From: Naegleria gruberi | Lineage: Eukaryota | DNA: 64,000 nt | Direction: 5' to 3' (one strand) | Assembly: GCA_000004985.1 (NCBI GenBank) | Contig: GG738845.1 | Part shown: positions 58,521-64,000 of the stretch, in pieces | How the letters are laid out: every line of letters starts with the position of its first letter | How positions within the stretch are numbered: the stretch's first letter is position 1 | Notes under the pieces: model-generated | Seen by the model: only the letters and a program-made list of their open reading frames with translations | Database searches by the model: none | Told to the model about the DNA's origin: nothing | Made by a program: the position numbers and the translations under genes

Positions 58521-61500
58521 ATGGCAGATGATGCACATATCGAATTGATAGATGCGACTGCCCCAGCCGCAAATACTGGAGCCTCCAGCTCAAACAATAA
58601 TACAACAACGAATAATACATTTGCAGAGGCTGTAAGAAAATCCTTGGATTATATTCAACATGCTACTACAAATAGGCCAAGTACTGACAGGAAAGCACCA
58701 TCTACAGAAGTAGGTGCCATCTTTGAAGAAGTCCGTCAAAGTATTGACTTGGTCAGAAGTATGCAAGAACAGGAACAAAAAACTGGTAAGAAGGGAAAGA
58801 AGAACAAGGTTTTGGAGAAGGCCAAGAAAAAGGCTATTGATATTACCGAACACGAGATGCCAGTAGAGAAATTGTTGGACTTATATGGCTCTAATTTTGC
58901 TTCTGACCCGGAAGCTTCCCAAGGTTTGAGTGAAAAGGTTGCTCAAGAACGTTTAGCTGTCAATGGTCCTAACAAATTGAAACCACCTAAGAAGAAGCCA
59001 TTTATTTTCAAGGTTATTGAACAATTTACAAGTTTATTCTCTTTGTTGATGATTTTTGCCGGATTCTTATGTATTTTGGATCCTATTATTGAACAAAGTG
59101 TAGACTCAATTCCTAATGTCTTTTTGGGTGTCATTTTGTGGGCTGTCGTCGTTTTGAATGCCGCCATTTCATTGGTACAAGAAAGAGGAAGTGAAAAAGT
59201 ATTGGAAGGTTTTATGTCTATGCAAAAGAGTTCAGTTTTAGTTGTAAGAGATGGTGTTTTAAGAAAAGTTGATGCGGATACACTCGTTTTGGGTGATATT
59301 GTTAAAATTGAAGCTGGTGACATTGTTCCAGCCGATTTGAGACTTTTACATACAAGTGGTTTGAAGGTAGATAACAGTTCTTTGACTGGTGAAGCTGATC
59401 CTCAAAGCAGAACATCCGAATCTAGTTCTTCAAATCCATTGGAAACAGCCAACTTGGCTTTCTTTGGTACAACTGTTCTTGACGGAAGTGGATACGGAAT
59501 TGTAATTAGATGTGGTAACGTTACAGTCATTGGTCAAATTGCTCTCCTTGCTGGTACTGCTCCTACTTTGAAGACTCCATTGAGAAGAGAAATTGATAAC
59601 TTTGTTAGAAGTATTGGTATTATTGCCTTGACCAGTTCTGTTATCTTGTTTTGTATTGCTTTGGGTCTCGGACTCAGTTGGTATCAAGCTTTCCTTTTTG
59701 CTATTGGTGTAGTTACTGCAAATATTCCAGAAGGTTTAATTGCCGTCGTTACTGTTTGCTTGACTGTTTCTGCTAAGAGATTGATGGCTGTTAATGTCCT
59801 TGTTAAAAAATTAGAACACGTCGAAACTTTGGGTAGTACATCTGTAATTTGCTCAGATAAGACAGGTACTTTAACTCAAAACAGAATGACTGTTGTTGAA
59901 ACTTGGATTGACGGTAATGTTAATGCTATTGCTTATGAAAGAATGATGAAAGCAAAACCAGAAAAGCCTGCAAGTGAACTCCCAGATATGAGTCAAATTT
60001 CTGAAGAAGCTTTGACAGGTTATCAAACTCTTATCAGAGCATGTGCATTGTGCAGTGCTACTACCTTTGTTCAATCTGAAACCAATCTTGCCAAGCCAAT
60101 TCTTGACAGAGAATGTATTGGTGATGCTTCTGAAACAGCCCTTATTAAGTTTGTTGAAACTAGAAATGATACAGCTACTCTTCTAGGTATTAGAGGAGCA
60201 CACACCAGTCTCTACACTATTCCATTCAATTCCAAGAATAAGTGGATGTTGGAAGTTCGTGAAAAACCAGGTTTGGATAAGGCTATTCTTTTTATGAAGG
60301 GTGCCCCAGAAAGAATTATCAGTAGATGTACATCAATCTTAATTGGTGGTAAGGTCTTCCCATTGGATGAAATGTGGAAGAATAACTTCCAACAAGCTTA
60401 TGACTTCTTTGCTATGAAAGGTGAACGTGTCTTGGGTTTTGCTCAATTGATGATTGATAAGGAATGTGTAAAGAAACAATTAGAAGCAGAAGAATCAGGT
60501 GGTACATCTGACGGTTTGTTGATTCCGACTGAAGGTTTGACATTTGTTGGCATGTGTGCTTTGACTGATCCTCCAAAGGTTGGTGTTCCAGAAGCTATTG
60601 CTAAATGTAAACATGCTGGTATTCAAGTTGTCATGGTTACAGGTGATCACCCTGCTACTGCTAAGGCTATTGCTAAACAAGTTGGTATTCTTAATGACGA
60701 CTGTATGACTAGAGAAGATCTTGCCATGGATGAAGGATGTTCCGCAGAATCCATTCCATTTAGTAGACCAGAAGTTGATGCTGTTGTTTTGCATGGTGAA
60801 GAAATTGACAAACTCTCTTCTAAGGAATGGAGAGCAATTTTGAAGAAGAAACAAATTGTATTTTCCAGAACTTCTCCTCAACAAAAATTGTTAATTGTCA
60901 GCAAATTCCAAGAAATGGGTCACTGTGTTGCTGTTACTGGTGATGGTACTAACGACTCTCCTGCTTTGAGAAAGGCTGATATTGGTGTTGCTATGAATAT
61001 TTCTGGTTCTGCTGTTTCTAAGGATGCAGCTGCTATTATTTTGATGGATGATAACTTTGCTTCAATTGTTAACGGTGTTGAAGAAGGTAGATTGATTTTC
61101 GATAACTTGAAGAAGTCTATTGCTTATACTTTGACTCACGCCATTCCAGAAGTTAGTAGTTTCTTGGTTTATGCTATTTTTGGTATTCCACTCCCATTGA
61201 CTGGTGTTCAAGTCTTGATGATTGACTTGGGTACTGAATTGATGAATGCTATTTCTCTTGCTTATGAACCTGCTGAAAGTGATATTATGTCTGTTCCTCC
61301 AAGAAGTAAGACAGAGAGACTTGTCGGTTTCCAACTTTTCTCTTATTCATATCTCCAAGTTGGTGTAATTGAGGCTCTTGGTTGTTATTGTTGTTATTTC
61401 CTTGCTCTTGCTTTCTATGGTGTTCCACCATCATATTGTTGGAATGCTTCTAGATCAAACTACTTTACAGCCACTGCTCCAGACTTGCACATTATTGAAA

Positions 61501-61862
61501 CAGGTCTCAAGATTTCTGCTAAACATCAAGTAGATATTTTGTGTACTGCTCAAACAGCTTATTTCCTTTGTATTGTCATTTGCCAATGGGCTACCTTAAT
61601 GTCAACAAGAACAAGAAGAACATCTGTATTCTTTAAGGGATTCTCTGCAAACTTGTGGATTTATGCAGGTGTTGTTTTTGCTGTACTTTTGACTTGTTTC
61701 TTCTTATACGTTCCTTTCATTTCAGATTTCATTTTCCAAATTAGACCTGTCAGTATTGACTTTTGGTTGTGGCCAGTTCCTTGGGCTTTTGGTGTTTTGT
61801 TCTATGACGAACTTAGAAAATTATTATTGAGAAAGTTGAAGATTTCTGCCATTGCCTGGTAA
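58521..61862 (+). CDS. P-type ATPase, type IIC-like (Na+/K+- or H+/K+-ATPase alpha-subunit-like cation pump)
   Basis: A 1113-aa single ORF with 'CSDKTGTLTQNRMTV' (the phosphorylation site), 'TGDHPATAKAIA', 'VTGDGTNDSPALRKADIGVAMNISGSAVSKDAAAIILMDDNFASIVNGVEEGRLIFDNLKKSIAYTLT', and 10 predicted TM helices. The GDGTNDSPAL hinge and the C-terminal TM arrangement are typical of type IIC rather than fungal ENA (IID). Confidence 0.8.
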   Translation: MADDAHIELIDATAPAANTGASSSNNNTTTNNTFAEAVRKSLDYIQHATTNRPSTDRKAPSTEVGAIFEEVRQSIDLVRSMQEQEQKTGKKGKKNKVLEKAKKKAIDITEHEMPVEKLLDLYGSNFASDPEASQGLSEKVAQERLAVNGPNKLKPPKKKPFIFKVIEQFTSLFSLLMIFAGFLCILDPIIEQSVDSIPNVFLGVILWAVVVLNAAISLVQERGSEKVLEGFMSMQKSSVLVVRDGVLRKVDADTLVLGDIVKIEAGDIVPADLRLLHTSGLKVDNSSLTGEADPQSRTSESSSSNPLETANLAFFGTTVLDGSGYGIVIRCGNVTVIGQIALLAGTAPTLKTPLRREIDNFVRSIGIIALTSSVILFCIALGLGLSWYQAFLFAIGVVTANIPEGLIAVVTVCLTVSAKRLMAVNVLVKKLEHVETLGSTSVICSDKTGTLTQNRMTVVETWIDGNVNAIAYERMMKAKPEKPASELPDMSQISEEALTGYQTLIRACALCSATTFVQSETNLAKPILDRECIGDASETALIKFVETRNDTATLLGIRGAHTSLYTIPFNSKNKWMLEVREKPGLDKAILFMKGAPERIISRCTSILIGGKVFPLDEMWKNNFQQAYDFFAMKGERVLGFAQLMIDKECVKKQLEAEESGGTSDGLLIPTEGLTFVGMCALTDPPKVGVPEAIAKCKHAGIQVVMVTGDHPATAKAIAKQVGILNDDCMTREDLAMDEGCSAESIPFSRPEVDAVVLHGEEIDKLSSKEWRAILKKKQIVFSRTSPQQKLLIVSKFQEMGHCVAVTGDGTNDSPALRKADIGVAMNISGSAVSKDAAAIILMDDNFASIVNGVEEGRLIFDNLKKSIAYTLTHAIPEVSSFLVYAIFGIPLPLTGVQVLMIDLGTELMNAISLAYEPAESDIMSVPPRSKTERLVGFQLFSYSYLQVGVIEALGCYCCYFLALAFYGVPPSYCWNASRSNYFTATAPDLHIIETGLKISAKHQVDILCTAQTAYFLCIVICQWATLMSTRTRRTSVFFKGFSANLWIYAGVVFAVLLTCFFLYVPFISDFIFQIRPVSIDFWLWPVPWAFGVLFYDELRKLLLRKLKISAIAW

Positions 61863-62065
61863 ACTAAAATAAAACCTAAATTATTCTAAAATCAGATTAA
61901 TCTGAATATCTAGCTTTCCAAGTTTCTGATTTAACAGAATAGACGAACATTGAGAGATACACAACTACCTATTGTAGACGGGTTTTTCCTTACAACCGTA
62001 AATTAATTTCGCCTCTATTGTCTGTTGAGACTCTTTCCATAACCTCAGTCTCAAAAGAAACCAAA

Positions 62066-62920
62066 ATGCAATTTTCAAAAGTTTCAAAAAAAATACAATT
62101 AAACATAATGATGCAACAACAGTCAACAACAACATCACAAGAGACCATAACAACACCAACAACTTCCGATGCATTGTCACGAGATGAAATCGAATATAAA
62201 CAGAAGGAAAAACAGCAACAATTCGATGAAGAAAAATCATTGACATCTCCGACATCTTTTACTACCACTACTTCTCAACAACAACAACAGAAGCAAACTT
62301 TGGACAATAAACAACAAGAAATTAATGAAAGTAATAAGACATTGAATAGTAAAGAATTATCTGGTCCTAATAAATCAAATAAATCGGAGAGTTTGGAGCA
62401 TCCCATGTCTATCAAGGAATTTCTCAAGATTACAATTCTTCCTCGATGGTATTCAGTGCCCAACAAGGTGAGTGAAGCAAGAGATATGTTGGCAACAGTA
62501 AGTTTCACTCAGATGATGGAATTTTTAACTTTATAATAACAGGAAAGAACCATGTTGAGTTGGTATAGAACTGCATTTTCAATTTTGGGTGTTGGAATTG
62601 CTGTTTCGAGGAGTAAGTTTCTATATATAAGAGTGTTTATATTGATTTATTGATATATGATAGTGAAAAAATCTGATGGTTCTGTAATTCCAAAGGTTGT
62701 TGGAGCAATTTCATGTTCACTAGCTATGATTTTAATCATGTATGCTCATTTGAGATATTATGCAGTTATGAAATCTCTATTCGAATGTAAGTTGAAAGAG
62801 TTTTGTGTCTATATTAACTCGACAATAGATCACTTTTCTGCTGATACATTATCTCCTCCTTTCATTCTCCTTATTGGCTTGCTAATTTGTGTCATTGCTG
62901 TTCTTTTATTCTTTGTGTAA
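62066..62920 (+). CDS. DUF202 (YidH/VTC-type small membrane domain) protein, paralog A; 3 exons 62066..62497, 62543..62612, 62664..62920
   Basis: 'FLKITILPRWYSVPNKVSEARDMLAT|ERTMLSWYRTAFSILGVGIAVSR|MKKSDGSVIPKVVGAISCSLAMILIMYAHLRY...FILLIGLLICVIAVLLFFV'. This is the DUF202 'ArD.LAnERT.LaW.RT' motif plus 3 TM helices. The track start 62018 is a TTG. Confidence 0.6.
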
Positions 62921-63027
62921 ATAACCCCCTAAACTTAATTTTGATATAATAAATTAATTTATTTAAACTCGAATTTCAGTATTATATTTACATTCTAATC
63001 AATTGGTTGTTGCTCATTTAAATTCAT

Positions 63028-64000
63028 TCAATTAACAAAGACAAGTGCCAAAGCAAGAATACACACAACCATTCCAAATAAAAACATGAAAGGAGGTGCA
63101 AATAAATCGGCCACATACATGCCACCAATCAATCGTCTTGTTGCGTATTGGAATCGAATGAAAGAGTAAATGAAAATCAATAAACCCAAAATTACAAAAA
63201 TTGTTCCAATAGAAACCATTAGAATTTTAACTTCTGCAGTATCAGACGAAGATGTTAACACTAAAAAATCAGTACATGCATTCTCTTGAAAACTTACATT
63301 TGGAAACTGCAATACCAATTGCCACAATTGACAATGCAGTTCTAACCCAAGCTAATTGAGTTCTCTCCACAGCCAACAAATCTCTTGCTTCTGATTGTTT
63401 GTTTGGATGAAAGGTCCACCTAGGAATGAAACCCATTAAATAATCAAGAGAATATCTCTTATTGGATGATTGTCCTGTTATTGTAGATTCATCTTTATGA
63501 TGTTGTTCCTTTTCCTCAGCTGAGGGTGACATTATAACGTCCTTCTTCTTATCAACATTAATATCTTTTAATTCAATTTCCATTAGCAAATCATCATCGG
63601 ATTTTACCTCATCCGAAAGGTTATTACCACTTGTATGCATCATGACAGATCCTCCACATTGTAATTCTTCTTCTTGTGTTTCATCTAGTAATTGCAAGGA
63701 TGCACCAGCGAGCTTTGATTTTGAAAAATTCATTCCTGATGATGGTGGTGGTAGTGAGGAGAAAGGTTGTAATTTTTTGTTTTCTTCTTGATTGATAATT
63801 GTCGTTATTGTATTGTCCATTTGTGTTTCATCCGATTTGGGAGTGGTTATGGTAATATCGATTATTGGCAATGATGATAATGAAGTATTGGATGCATGTT
63901 CTTCTGTTGATGATGGTAGTGATTGAGCGGCATTTTGCTTTGAATCTTCATCTTGTTGATGATGATTTATATTTGATAAGGAAGAGCTTAATTGCTCACT
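63028..64000 (-). CDS. DUF202 membrane protein, paralog B (convergent with paralog A); 5' end runs off the window; intron 63261..63297
   Basis: 'FIPRWTFHPNKQSEARDLLAVERTQLAWVRTALSIVAIGIAVSK|LLTSSSDTAEVKILMVSIGTIFVILGLLIFIYSF...MFLFGMVVCILALALVFVN'. A 37-nt intron (gtaagttttcaag...ttttag) lies at the same phase-1 position as in paralog A. Confidence 0.6.

Noticed and set aside
1-64000. CRISPR arrays, rRNA genes, operon-like prokaryotic defence systems
   Set aside because: None seen. The sequence is eukaryotic nuclear DNA with spliceosomal introns. The repeats present are transposon-type, not spacer-repeat arrays.

Overview
This is an AT-rich eukaryotic nuclear segment. Codon usage is yeast-like. 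Introns are spliceosomal with GTAAGT/GTATGT donors and YAG acceptors; several are only 34-45 nt, others 160-240 nt. About 30 protein-coding genes can be supported from the sequence. The gene content (BTB, F-box/LRR and atypical kinase genes, AT-richness, TE remnants) is reminiscent of an early-diverging fungus such as Glomeromycotina; that is inference only. No rRNA, tRNA or CRISPR array was found. Well-supported calls are: RCL1 (RNA 3'-phosphate cyclase-like), NAA20 (NatB catalytic subunit), mitochondrial ribosomal protein uL3m, Exo70, a Tctex1 dynein light chain, a Pcf11-like CID protein, PP2A B'' (PR72-like), thioredoxin, an ELO elongase, two Ras paralogs, a Qa-SNARE, an M20 peptidase, RNase H2 subunit B, and a type IIC P-type ATPase. 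Less certain calls are an F-box/LRR protein, a BTB protein, an atypical kinase, a NYN+LOTUS (MARF1-like) protein, a MACPF-like secreted protein, a PhoPQ-related alpha/beta-hydrolase, an LRAT-like protein and two tail-to-tail DUF202 paralogs. The most unusual part is a gene-poor island from about 33.7 to 46.5 kb. It holds a frameshifted DIRS/Ngaro-type tyrosine-recombinase retroelement remnant, a second RNase H fragment, a foldback-like interspersed repeat family (5 copies, two head-to-head inverted pairs) and two further dispersed direct repeats that flank the F-box gene. An assembly gap (474 N) at 48003-48476 truncates the 5' ends of two divergently oriented genes. Many short track ORFs lying antisense inside genes are spurious. 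Several track 'M' starts are TTG/GTG codons rather than ATG.
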